A stretch of 64,000 nucleotides of DNA from a virus: positions 1-64,000 of IMG/VR virus record IMGVR_UViG_3300032285_004073; one strand, given 5' to 3'. A program made the translations under genes and the position numbers. The notes beneath the pieces are model-generated. The model was not told the DNA's origin and searched no databases. It was given only the letters and a program-made list of their open reading frames with translations. This document shows positions 16,997 to 25,997 of this stretch, piece by piece. Positions within the stretch are counted from its first letter, which is position 1; each line of letters begins with the position of its first letter.

Positions 16997-17350
16997 ATGA
17001 CACTTTCTCCTATTATATCTTCCAATCCAATTAATTCTAATAGTGGATGGACTAATTCTTGGATAACAGTATCTAACGATCAAAGTCGTACATTATATGC
17101 TCAAGCCACCTATAATGTTAACAATCTAGGTAGTAATGGGATCACGGTAATTGCCGGTACTAATCAAGTTGATGGAAATTTTAACGGAATACAAATGATA
17201 ACTTCAACTGTATTTGCTGGACTTACATCATCTGGTACCACAGGCATAAGTGCTATAACAGTTCCTACATTTCCAGCGGGATTTGTTTTAAATGGTAGTT
17301 ACAAATCAATAAAATTAACCAGCGGACAGGTTATTGCTTATAATACTTGA
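16997..17350 (+). CDS. Small beta-rich, probably virion protein
   Basis: Ser/Thr/Gly/Asn-rich composition. Confidence 0.6.
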   Translation: MTLSPIISSNPINSNSGWTNSWITVSNDQSRTLYAQATYNVNNLGSNGITVIAGTNQVDGNFNGIQMITSTVFAGLTSSGTTGISAITVPTFPAGFVLNGSYKSIKLTSGQVIAYNT

Positions 17351-17374
17351 TTAATTTCAGTCATTGGTTATAAT
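17347..17374 (+). promoter_or_regulatory. sigma70-type promoter of purA
   Basis: TTGATT-16-TATAAT with the ATG 6 nt downstream. Confidence 0.7.
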
Positions 17375-17380
17375 AAGCCT

Positions 17381-18379
17381 ATGATTGAATATGTAGATAT
17401 CATTGTAGGTCTTGCTTGGGGTGACGAGGGTAAGGGTAAGATCTCAAGTGCATTGGCAAAAGATTATGATATGGTTTGTCGATGGAATGGTGGACCAAAT
17501 GCTGGTCATACTGTTTATCTTAATGATAAAAAGTATAAAACCCATCTCATTCCTTCTGGAGTATTTCATAATAAACCTTCAATTATCGGTCCTAACTGCG
17601 TAGTCAATATTAATAAATTTCATGAGGAGATAGAATATCTCAAAGAAAATGGTTTTGATACATCATTAGTTAAAATACATCCACACGTTCATGTAATCAC
17701 AAAAGATCATATTAAATTCGATGTAGATTATCTTAAACCAAAGCTAGGAACTACTGGTCAGGGTATTGCTCCGTGTTATGCGGCAAAGGCAAATAGAGTC
17801 GGATTACAAATTAAAGATTCTTCGATTGATCCGATATATCATTGGGATGGAAATCTTAAAGGAAAAATTTTATGTGAAGGTGCTCAAAGTATTTGGCTCG
17901 ATATTAACTATGGCGATTACCCATATGTGACAAGTTCTGAAACCTTTCCTCATAATGCTTGCTCACTTGGATTTTCTCCAAAGAAGATTCGTGATATTAT
18001 TGGTGTGGCAAAGATTTATGATACTAAGAGTGGCGTAGATCCGTTATTCCCCGAATCTTTATGGGATGATCCAATTCTAAACAAGATTATTGAAATCGGT
18101 GGCGAGGTTGGAACCACAACAGGTAGAAAGAGACTTGTTAATTGGCTTAATGTTAGAAAGCTAGTTGATGCAATTAATCTCTCAGGTGTAACTAAACTCA
18201 TTATCAACAAGTGTGATGTGTTAGAAAAAGTCGGAGAATTCAGATACAACTTTGATAACAATGGGTTTGTATCAATTGGTCTTAATCCGTTTAAGAAAAG
18301 TTTAATAAAAGATATAATTGAAAATACAGAATTAGAGGAAAACAACATTGTATTTTCTGGAGACAAGACTAATATATAA
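17381..18379 (+). CDS. purA: Adenylosuccinate synthetase, short form
   Basis: WGDEGKG, GGPNAGHT, GTTGQGIAP, EGAQ, YPYVTSS, GTTTGRKR, NKCD; 332 aa. Confidence 0.95.
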   Translation: MIEYVDIIVGLAWGDEGKGKISSALAKDYDMVCRWNGGPNAGHTVYLNDKKYKTHLIPSGVFHNKPSIIGPNCVVNINKFHEEIEYLKENGFDTSLVKIHPHVHVITKDHIKFDVDYLKPKLGTTGQGIAPCYAAKANRVGLQIKDSSIDPIYHWDGNLKGKILCEGAQSIWLDINYGDYPYVTSSETFPHNACSLGFSPKKIRDIIGVAKIYDTKSGVDPLFPESLWDDPILNKIIEIGGEVGTTTGRKRLVNWLNVRKLVDAINLSGVTKLIINKCDVLEKVGEFRYNFDNNGFVSIGLNPFKKSLIKDIIENTELEENNIVFSGDKTNI

Positions 18380-18387
18380 TCAGCTAA

Positions 18388-18459
18388 TACGGTGTAGATC
18401 AATGGTAGATCCCCAGAATTTGGATCTGGTAGTTGTAGGTTCGAGTCCTACCGCCGTAG
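18388..18459 (+). tRNA. trnQ: tRNA-Gln(TTG)
   Basis: TACGGTG/CGCCGTA acceptor (U1-A72), loop AT-TTG-GA, G73. Confidence 0.9.
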
Positions 18460-18507
18460 CTGTTTTATCTTGACATAAAAATAAAAATATTATATTATTA
18501 ATAAATC

Positions 18508-18864
18508 ATGAGCCAAGAAAATATTAAAACAATTAGATTAATGGAATCATATATTACCTATGAGAATCATGGTGATATAAATCTTAATCTTAACTATTTC
18601 CCAGAATTACAAGGCAAGACTAATAGTGAGATACAAGATTGGTTAAATGCTAATAGTGATAATCTTTATGTGGATAGCAATAACGGTGAAATTCGCAAAG
18701 ATCGTTATTACATTTATACACAAGAAGAATATGATGACATGGCAGTAAACGGAGAAGATCCGGAAATTGACGAAGATGTCATTGAACTTTTAGAATATTG
18801 GAATAATAGTGAGGTTATCTGGGATAAAATTAAGTGTGAGGAAAAAACCTTATACGTCCAATAA
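18508..18864 (+). CDS. Acidic hypothetical protein
   Basis: 118-aa ORF with a TTGACA promoter. Confidence 0.65.
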   Translation: MSQENIKTIRLMESYITYENHGDINLNLNYFPELQGKTNSEIQDWLNANSDNLYVDSNNGEIRKDRYYIYTQEEYDDMAVNGEDPEIDEDVIELLEYWNNSEVIWDKIKCEEKTLYVQ

Positions 18865-18870
18865 TTTTAA

Positions 18871-18957
18871 GGGTAGGTACCGAAGCTGGACAAACGGGGA
18901 GCTCTGTAAAAGCTTTGTCATTCGACTTCGAAGGTTCGAATCCTTCTCTACCCACCA
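18871..18957 (+). tRNA. trnY: tRNA-Tyr(GTA)
   Basis: GGGTAGG/TCTACCC acceptor, loop CT-GTA-AA, long variable arm, ACCA end. Confidence 0.95.
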
Positions 18958-18963
18958 TTTAAA

Positions 18964-19629
18964 ATGAAAATTAAAACGAAACTTACAAAGTTATGTGATG
19001 GTATATACCTTTGTGAAATTGATAATGCTTATGATTTAGCAATGACTTTTTGTCGAGCACAGGAATTCTATGAATCCCCTTTTGAAGAAATAAGAAATAA
19101 GAATTTTACCATGATGCAATTTCAAAGACTTTATTCTTTGAAACGAAATGGTTATTTTTCTTATCCTGAAGATTGGGCAGGATTCAATATTCCTGGTAGT
19201 ATTTTAGAAAAATTCTACAAAGGTGATTGGATAACTAATGATTGGAATGAATATGACGGGGTTTTTAAAAAACTCATTAATCATATAGGTAATGACAAAC
19301 CTTTTTATTTAATTGGAGCGGTGAGAGGAGATAAAGATACTATAGATCATGAATTGTGTCATGCTTTTTATAATTTAAAAGAAAATTATAAAAAAGAAGT
19401 GGACAAACTTATTAGTAAAATCCCTAAAAAAACTTTTAATAAAATGAGAAAGGCCCTCAAAGATACTGGTTATTGCAATAAAGTAATAAAAGATGAGATT
19501 CAGGCATATCTTTCAAGCAGTGATTGTTCTTTTTTTGATGATTATAATTATTGGGAAGAAAATCAAAAGATAGGGAAAGTCTTTGCGAATCATTTTAATA
19601 AACACATTGCCCTAAATATAAAGAAATGA
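18964..19629 (+). CDS. Hypothetical protein with HExxH motif (possible zincin)
   Basis: DTIDHELCHAFY. Confidence 0.6.
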   Translation: MKIKTKLTKLCDGIYLCEIDNAYDLAMTFCRAQEFYESPFEEIRNKNFTMMQFQRLYSLKRNGYFSYPEDWAGFNIPGSILEKFYKGDWITNDWNEYDGVFKKLINHIGNDKPFYLIGAVRGDKDTIDHELCHAFYNLKENYKKEVDKLISKIPKKTFNKMRKALKDTGYCNKVIKDEIQAYLSSSDCSFFDDYNYWEENQKIGKVFANHFNKHIALNIKK

Positions 19630-20792
19630 ATTTTAAAGATTTTTATAGTAAAGAAGAAGGGCATATGATTCTTCTCAAAGATATTGAAGTTAGTGAATCT
19701 CTTGCTTATCATTTAAAAAACAAATTAACATTGGCAGAAAATGTTTTTAGAATTTATTCTGAAGAATATTTTTCTCTAATTAAAGAAGCTCGCAATCTTT
19801 ATAACCAAGATGCCTTGGCTTTGAATGATGAAGATTTAGAATTGATTGAATCTTCCTTAGGTGAAAAAGCTATTTTTGAAGGAAGGGAAGTTTATTTGGA
19901 TGCACCAATTACTATTAATGAAGATTTATTCAATGAGGGATTATCCATTATGCCATCTAATTCTGTAGATACACAAATATTTGTTGACATGGATGGAGTG
20001 TTATGTGACTTGTATAAAGTTGTTGCAGAAAAAATGGGTAAAAAATCATATAAAGATTTAACTCAAAAAGAGTATGCTCAATTTTTTGCAGAAAATGCAA
20101 ATGATATGGACAAAATATTTGCTGAATTACCAAAATATGAATCCACAGATTTTTTAGTTAAAATGCTTAAAGAAGTAGCTGGTGGTTATAAGGTGTGTTC
20201 AGCTAATCTTAAAAATCACGATTCTAGCAAAGTAATAAAAGGCAAAAATGATTGGTTGGATAAAAAGTTAAGTGATCAACCAGATCAACGTATTTTTATA
20301 AGAGAAAAATACAAATATGCTACTACAAATAATAGACCAAATATTTTAATTGATGATTGGAGTGAGAATATTAAAAATTGGATTAATGCAGGTGGTATTG
20401 GTATTCATTATTGTGCTAATGAAGATGATTTAGACGTTGTTATAGAAGGATTGAATATCGCGAGAGAAATTTTAAAGGGTGAACAAACAGAGGGTATGTT
20501 TACAGAAGCCACTAAAAACGGTAAAAAAGTAAAACTTAATCACCCCTTTAGAACACCAGGTGGTCCTAAGAAATTTGCAGTTTACGTGAAAACTCCTAAA
20601 GGTACTATAAAAAAAGTTACTTTCGGTGACCCTAATATGAAGGTTCGTAATGCTAATAAAGCAAGAGCAAAGTCTTTTAGAGCAAGACATAAATGTTCAC
20701 AAAAGAAAGACAAAACAACAGCAGGATATTGGAGCTGTAATATTTCTAGATATCGCAAAGCTCTAGGATTAAAATCATCGAGGGCTTGGTAA
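19626..20792 (+). CDS. Conserved T4-like phage protein with an inserted HAD 5'(3')-deoxyribonucleotidase domain
   Basis: FVDMDGVL, ILIDDWSENIKNWINAGGIGI; C-terminal KVKLNHPFRTPGGPKKFAVYVK...RARHKC...TAGYWSC domain. Confidence 0.75.
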   Translation: MNFKDFYSKEEGHMILLKDIEVSESLAYHLKNKLTLAENVFRIYSEEYFSLIKEARNLYNQDALALNDEDLELIESSLGEKAIFEGREVYLDAPITINEDLFNEGLSIMPSNSVDTQIFVDMDGVLCDLYKVVAEKMGKKSYKDLTQKEYAQFFAENANDMDKIFAELPKYESTDFLVKMLKEVAGGYKVCSANLKNHDSSKVIKGKNDWLDKKLSDQPDQRIFIREKYKYATTNNRPNILIDDWSENIKNWINAGGIGIHYCANEDDLDVVIEGLNIAREILKGEQTEGMFTEATKNGKKVKLNHPFRTPGGPKKFAVYVKTPKGTIKKVTFGDPNMKVRNANKARAKSFRARHKCSQKKDKTTAGYWSCNISRYRKALGLKSSRAW

Positions 20793-21055
20793 TGGATCTT
20801 CCTTTTCATCAGGAAAAAATATCAGATAAACAAATTATTAGATATTTTTCGGAATTTGTAGATGAAGAAGATTTAAAATGGCATTTTGATGCTGAAGATA
20901 GAATTGTTGAAGCTTTAGAACCTACAGATTGGCTCATCCAATTTGATAATAAACTGCCTCAACCCATCGAAGGAGTAATAAAAATCCCGGCAGGTGTTTA
21001 CCACCGAGTGATAAAAGGAAAAAAAGATTTTAAAATTAATATTAAAATGTCTTGA
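20786..21055 (+). CDS. Small cupin-like phage protein
   Basis: WH...DR and IPAGVYHRVIKG cupin-like motifs. Confidence 0.65.
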   Translation: MVMDLPFHQEKISDKQIIRYFSEFVDEEDLKWHFDAEDRIVEALEPTDWLIQFDNKLPQPIEGVIKIPAGVYHRVIKGKKDFKINIKMS

Positions 21056-21088
21056 TCTTTTATATATGAAGAATTAATATAATCAGAG

Positions 21089-21164
21089 GCACGAGTAGCT
21101 CAGTGGTAGTAGCGCTTCCTTTACACGGAAGATGTCGGGGGTTCGAATCCCTCCTCGTGTACCA
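21089..21164 (+). tRNA. trnV: tRNA-Val(TAC)
   Basis: GCACGAG/CTCGTGT acceptor, loop TT-TAC-AC, ACCA end. Confidence 0.95.
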
Positions 21165-21503
21165 TTTTCTATGCACCACACTTTAACAGATATATTATTT
21201 TTTATTGGAAATATTACTATAATTTCCTTTATAACCACAGCAATTTATAGGTTTAATAATCCAAGTAAAAAAACATTAATATCACGTGGCTGTCGTTTTG
21301 TGAAATTTCAAATGTCACAATCTAGGAAGAGATGTTATTATACAATGCCTAGACAATTGAGATCAGATCTTAAATTAAACGTAAGGGGTATAAATAAACA
21401 CAATTGTAGAGAAATAACAGATAAAGTTTTACAAAAATTAGTAGAAGATAATGTTTTAGAATTACAACCCCATGAAAGTGTTGATGTTTATTTTAAGGTT
21501 TAG
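21132..21503 (+). CDS. Membrane-anchored hypothetical protein (true start probably the MHHTL ATG after the tRNA)
   Basis: N-terminal TM; the track start overlaps tRNA-Val. Confidence 0.5.
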   Translation: MSGVRIPPRVPFSMHHTLTDILFFIGNITIISFITTAIYRFNNPSKKTLISRGCRFVKFQMSQSRKRCYYTMPRQLRSDLKLNVRGINKHNCREITDKVLQKLVEDNVLELQPHESVDVYFKV

Positions 21504-21720
21504 CCTTTTTTTTATTGCTATATCTTTATATGCAAATGATACTAATTCATTATCCAATATAACAGATTTAAATACATTTTTAAATCAATCACAAAATGTT
21601 TATTATTTAAAAATACATAACGATAAAAATTTAAACATTATTTTAACAGGAGAAACAATTTTTGAATCAAATATTAAAAGAATTGATACACATAGCTGTT
21701 TTAAAATAATTTTTTGGTAA
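21472..21720 (+). CDS. Small protein with a signal peptide
   Basis: MKVLMFILRFSLFFIAISLYA-N. Confidence 0.45.
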   Translation: MKVLMFILRFSLFFIAISLYANDTNSLSNITDLNTFLNQSQNVYYLKIHNDKNLNIILTGETIFESNIKRIDTHSCFKIIFW

Positions 21721-21724
21721 GTAT

Positions 21725-22255
21725 ATGAAAAAGATGCAAGGAATAGAAAATGTAATTTTTAGCAAAACAGTTCTTTCTGCTAAAATTAAGTCCTTAGGCA
21801 GGTCTATTACTCGTGATTATAAAGACCAAGAATTAACCATTATTAGTTTAATGGCTGGTAGTATCTTATTTACAGCTGATTTAATAAGAGAAATTAACAT
21901 TCCAATTCATTTATATGCTATAACAGTATCAAGTTATAATGGAGAAAAAATAAGCTCAGGAATTTTAAATATTAAAGAATCTTTACCAAATTGTGAAAAT
22001 AAAAATATATTATTAGTAGATGATATTTTAGATTCTGGGTTAACACTTTCTACATTAAAAAATAATATACAAGTTTTGAACCCACTTTCTGTTAAGACTT
22101 GTGTTTTATTGAAAAAAAATATAGCCAGGGATCATACAGTAGAACCAGATTATTATGGATTTGATATAGGAGAGGAATTCGTAGTGGGTTATGGTCTAGA
22201 TTATCAGGGTTTGTATAGAAATGTTCCTTATATAGGGACTTTGCAGGATAAATAA
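21725..22255 (+). CDS. hpt: Hypoxanthine phosphoribosyltransferase
   Basis: ILLVDDILDSGLTL PRPP motif; FVVGYGLDYQGLYRNVPYIG. Confidence 0.95.
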   Translation: MKKMQGIENVIFSKTVLSAKIKSLGRSITRDYKDQELTIISLMAGSILFTADLIREINIPIHLYAITVSSYNGEKISSGILNIKESLPNCENKNILLVDDILDSGLTLSTLKNNIQVLNPLSVKTCVLLKKNIARDHTVEPDYYGFDIGEEFVVGYGLDYQGLYRNVPYIGTLQDK

Positions 22256-22263
22256 GATATATT

Positions 22264-22620
22264 ATGAATGACATTTCTTTATTAAAAGAAGCTTATGATA
22301 AAGTTCTTAAAAGAAACTTGAGAGAAGATTTAAGTGTAGATACCATTTCTCCAGAAATGCCAGTACAAGCTTCTTTAGCCGCGGGACCAGAAACCACCAC
22401 ATTAACACCAGCTTTACTAGACTCTCCTATGGATAAAGAAGAGAGTGAAGTACATGATATGGTAATTGCTAAACTTTTACAAATTCAATCTGAAGCTAAT
22501 GAAGCTTTAAACTTTGTTAAAAGTGGTAAAACCGTTGAGTCTTGGATGTTTGCTTTAGTTGAATTGGCAGCTGATAAGGTCAGCACAGTTAAAAATCATT
22601 TAGAGTTCAGCCAAGGTTAA
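22264..22620 (+). CDS. Acidic late hypothetical protein
   Basis: TAAATA upstream; MNDISLLKEAYDKVL. Confidence 0.65.
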   Translation: MNDISLLKEAYDKVLKRNLREDLSVDTISPEMPVQASLAAGPETTTLTPALLDSPMDKEESEVHDMVIAKLLQIQSEANEALNFVKSGKTVESWMFALVELAADKVSTVKNHLEFSQG

Positions 22621-22665
22621 TACTTGTAATTCCTTTTATATAGTATATAATATATACTTTATACA

Positions 22666-23256
22666 ATGAATGCAGATCATTTAAAATGGCAGACGGTTTT
22701 AGTGTTAAACCGTAATTGGCAAGCTATACACGTTAAATCTCCATCAGAAGCCTTGGCTATGATGTTTTCAGATACAGCTACTGGTCTTGATGTATTAGGT
22801 CAGGATAATATGGTTCCTTATAGATGGAATGAATGGGTTAATTTACCTTATGATGAAAATTCTAGTTATATTAAAACTATAAGAGGAAATATTAAAATTC
22901 CTAAAATCATTATTTTAGCCGAATATGATAAAGTACCTCAAAAAAGACCGAAATTTTCATCTAAAGGTATTTGGAATAGAGACGGTGGTATTTGTCAATA
23001 TACTGGTCAAAAATTGACCCCAAATGAAGGTAATATAGATCATGTAATACCAAGATCTCGTGGTGGCAAATCTACTTGGACTAATTGTGTTTTGGTGCAT
23101 AAAGAAGTTAATGCTAAAAAAGCAGATAGATTGCCGCAAGAAGCTGGTTTAAAATTAATAAGACAACCAAAAGAGCCTAATTCATTGCCCTCTACTTTTT
23201 ATATTAAAAACAGACATAAAATTAGAGAATGGGAATTGTTTTTAAAATATGAGTAG
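22666..23256 (+). CDS. HNH endonuclease (McrA/HNH_5-like)
   Basis: RDGGICQYTG, NIDHVIPRSRGG, WTNCV, NAKKAD. Confidence 0.9.
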   Translation: MNADHLKWQTVLVLNRNWQAIHVKSPSEALAMMFSDTATGLDVLGQDNMVPYRWNEWVNLPYDENSSYIKTIRGNIKIPKIIILAEYDKVPQKRPKFSSKGIWNRDGGICQYTGQKLTPNEGNIDHVIPRSRGGKSTWTNCVLVHKEVNAKKADRLPQEAGLKLIRQPKEPNSLPSTFYIKNRHKIREWELFLKYE

Positions 23257-23674
23257 AATAACTTGGGAAGAGTATGCTTTGAAAATAGCTGAGGTTGCTA
23301 GTCTTCGAAGTGAAGACCCACGAACTAAAGTAGGATGTTGTTTATTGAGACACGATCACACAATAGCTAGTTTAGGGTATAATGGAGCACCAGCAGGTGT
23401 TGAAATACCTTGGGACAATAGAGAAGAAAAACATAAAAGAGTAATTCATGCAGAAATCAATGCTTTAAGAATGATTAAACCAGGAGAGTGTTATCTAGCT
23501 GCAGTTACTCATTCTTGTTGTAATGATTGTTTAAAATCATTAGCAGCTTATGGTATTAAAAAAATAGTTTATAGAAACTATTATGATGCTGGATATCCAT
23601 TAGAGGATATTGCTAAAGAGTTTGGAATAGAAATTGTAAAAATAGCCTCTGGTGCTCAATCAGAACTAAATTAA
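23249..23674 (+). CDS. dCMP deaminase-family protein
   Basis: SEDPRTKVG, GYNG, HAEINAL, THSCCNDC zinc motifs. Confidence 0.88.
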   Translation: MSRITWEEYALKIAEVASLRSEDPRTKVGCCLLRHDHTIASLGYNGAPAGVEIPWDNREEKHKRVIHAEINALRMIKPGECYLAAVTHSCCNDCLKSLAAYGIKKIVYRNYYDAGYPLEDIAKEFGIEIVKIASGAQSELN

Positions 23675-24230
23675 ACTCTTAGCCAACCTTAACGTCAATA
23701 TTAATGACTTCTGGTTGAACCACAGGAACGACTACTCGCAGTAAGCCGTCTGTGTATGTTGATGTAATGTTTTTTGCGTCGGATTTATCACTAAGAGTAA
23801 ATGACAATTGTCCCTTTCTCTTACTGATACCCTTTTTGACGTAGGCTGTATTTTCAACAATTACATCCTCTTCTTTCTCAACATCAATAACAAGATGTCC
23901 ATCACGGACTTTAATATTAATGTTGTCTTTACCAATACCAGCCAATGCTACTTCAATAATATAGCTTGTTGGTTGGCCATCTTTATCCTTTGTCGCTTTG
24001 ACATTATAAGGATATACTGCATTCGGAACGTCAAAAGCGCGTCCATAATCAAGTTCTTCAAGAACTTCTTTAATCCAGCTGTCATTGAACAGAGCAGGAA
24101 GCTGGTTAATTCCTGAACCTGTAGCAGGAATGACCCTGCCGATCGTGTATGGTTGTATTGTTGTTGTCATATATTTCTCCTTTGTTAAGCGAGTTAATAT
24201 GTTTAGCTTTAGTCTTTTTGAGCACCAGAG
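23647..24230. repeat. Inverted repeat pair flanking hsp20
   Basis: CTCTGGTGCTCAA (23647-59) and TTGAGCACCAGAG (24218-30) are exact reverse complements; pairing extends to ~25 bp with bulges. Confidence 0.9.
23679..24170 (-). CDS. Small heat-shock protein (Hsp20/alpha-crystallin)
   Basis: YPYNV, YIIEVALAG, YVKKGISKR, YTDGLLRV; AAGGAG SD; TATAAATA late promoter at 24240-47. Confidence 0.92.
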   Translation of the reverse strand: MTTTIQPYTIGRVIPATGSGINQLPALFNDSWIKEVLEELDYGRAFDVPNAVYPYNVKATKDKDGQPTSYIIEVALAGIGKDNINIKVRDGHLVIDVEKEEDVIVENTAYVKKGISKRKGQLSFTLSDKSDAKNITSTYTDGLLRVVVPVVQPEVINIDVKVG

Positions 24231-24239
24231 CTATGAATA

Positions 24240-24247
24240 TATTTATA
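24240..24247 (-). promoter_or_regulatory. T4-type late promoter TATAAATA for hsp20
   Basis: Exact T4 late consensus upstream of the hsp20 leader. Confidence 0.75.
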
Positions 24248-24274
24248 CACTAATCTAAAATTATCTCAACTTTT

Positions 24275-25951
24275 TTATGCTTCACATGATTTACAAGTCA
24301 TAATAGAACGAGCTAAATCTTTAGAAGGATTAGAACTTCTTTGATAATAAAGTGATTTAATACCTTGTTCCCATGCAAAAATATTAAGCTCATTTACTGC
24401 CTTGGGAGATGTTCCTGCTGGTATCATAAGATTTAAACTTTGACCTTGATCAATATACTTTTGACGACCTGCTGCTTGAATAACAATTTCTTTTTGAGAT
24501 GTTTCTGCAAAAGTCTTGAAAACTTCTTTTTCTTCTTCTGTAAGGAAATCTAAATGTTGAACAGATCCTCCATGAATGAGAATGGATTTCCAAGTTTCCT
24601 CGTCATTCTTATCTTTCAATTTAAGTAAATTTTTAAGATAAGGATTTTTATAAGTAAATTTACCTTTTGCTAAATCTTTAACAAAGTAATTTGATTCAAG
24701 AGGTTCAATACTTGGTGATACTTGACCAAGAATGAAAGATGACGATGTAGTAGGAGCAACAGCAAGTGTTGTTGTATTTCTACGATTATAACCCTTAAGC
24801 AATTCTGGTTCCCCAATCAATTCTGAAAGTTCTTTAGTTGCTTTGTCTGCTCTTTCACGGATTGTTTTCCAAATAGTATTATTAAGAAATTTGGCTTCCA
24901 TGGATTCAAATGCAATTAATTTAGATTGAAGAAGTGAATGCCACCCAAGGACACCCAGGCCTAAAGCTCTATGTCTTATAGCAAACTTTCTCGGGGCATC
25001 CATAAAAGGCATGTCTTTGGTTTTATCAATAAATTCTGACATGACAGCATCAAGAAAATAAATCATAGTTTCTACGGCATCAGTGTCTTTCCATTCTTCC
25101 CACTTTTCAAGATTCATAGAAGAAAGATCACATACAAATGATTCATCATCACTATTAGGGAGCATGATTTCTGTGCAAAGATTAGAATGATTAATCTTTA
25201 AATTCTTATCTTTATAAACCTGCGGAGCTTGATTATTGACGTTATCTGTAAAGAAAATATAAGGATATCCAGACTCAAATCTTTTTTTAAGAACTAAACC
25301 CCAAATTCTACGTTTTTCTTTATCCCCATCAATCATGGATTTCATCCACTCATCACTGACTGTAACACCAATAGAAAGATTTTGAATCTCATTGCCCTCT
25401 GAACGAATTTTTAAGAATTCTTCTATGTCCTTATGATCAATAGGAAGATAAGAAGCAAAAGACCCTCTTCGCACGTTTCCTTGAGAAATGACATTCATTA
25501 AACTCTCAAAAAGCTCCATAAAGTGAACTGTTCCTGTAGACTCCCCTCCTGAAGAAATTGGGGTACCTCTACTTCTTAAAGATCCAAAATAAGCAGAGGT
25601 ACCTCCACCACCTTTTGTCATCATGCCCACTTCAGAAACTTTCTCTAGAATACCTTCCATGGTATCTGGAATATGGGAACCAAAACAAGAAATAGGAAGA
25701 CCTCTATTACGACCAAAATTAGACCAGATAGGAGATGCTAGAGAATAAAAACCTCTATGCATATAATCTTCAAACTTTTTTGCAAATTTTGTATCTCCTG
25801 TAAAATCAACCAAGATTTTTTGAGCTGCTTTGGCTATATCTTTGATTCTTTGTTCTGGTGTTTCTCCCTCTAACAAATAACCTCTTTGAAGGAATTTTCT
25901 GGAATCTTTGTTGAGCCAATAAATATCGGAATGCTGCGCTTCGGTAGTCAT
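24275..25951 (-). CDS. nrdA: Class I ribonucleotide reductase alpha subunit
   Basis: LPISCF, SNLCTEI, VCDLSS, APTTSSS, C-terminal CKSCEA; no intein. Confidence 0.95.
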   Translation of the reverse strand: MTTEAQHSDIYWLNKDSRKFLQRGYLLEGETPEQRIKDIAKAAQKILVDFTGDTKFAKKFEDYMHRGFYSLASPIWSNFGRNRGLPISCFGSHIPDTMEGILEKVSEVGMMTKGGGGTSAYFGSLRSRGTPISSGGESTGTVHFMELFESLMNVISQGNVRRGSFASYLPIDHKDIEEFLKIRSEGNEIQNLSIGVTVSDEWMKSMIDGDKEKRRIWGLVLKKRFESGYPYIFFTDNVNNQAPQVYKDKNLKINHSNLCTEIMLPNSDDESFVCDLSSMNLEKWEEWKDTDAVETMIYFLDAVMSEFIDKTKDMPFMDAPRKFAIRHRALGLGVLGWHSLLQSKLIAFESMEAKFLNNTIWKTIRERADKATKELSELIGEPELLKGYNRRNTTTLAVAPTTSSSFILGQVSPSIEPLESNYFVKDLAKGKFTYKNPYLKNLLKLKDKNDEETWKSILIHGGSVQHLDFLTEEEKEVFKTFAETSQKEIVIQAAGRQKYIDQGQSLNLMIPAGTSPKAVNELNIFAWEQGIKSLYYQRSSNPSKDLARSIMTCKSCEA

Positions 25952-25997
25952 AAAAATTGATTACTATATCTTATCGAATTACTAATGAATAGCAATC

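Noticed and set aside
17381-18379. PurZ / 2-aminoadenine (Z) genome
   Set aside because: The P-loop is GDEGKG with the PurA catalytic Asp; PurZ enzymes have Ser there.
23249-23674. Deaminase as a phage TadA editing tRNA-Ser A34
   Set aside because: Motifs (SEDP.TKVG, GYNG, TH.CC..C) fit dCMP deaminase, and ThyX in the window explains its role.
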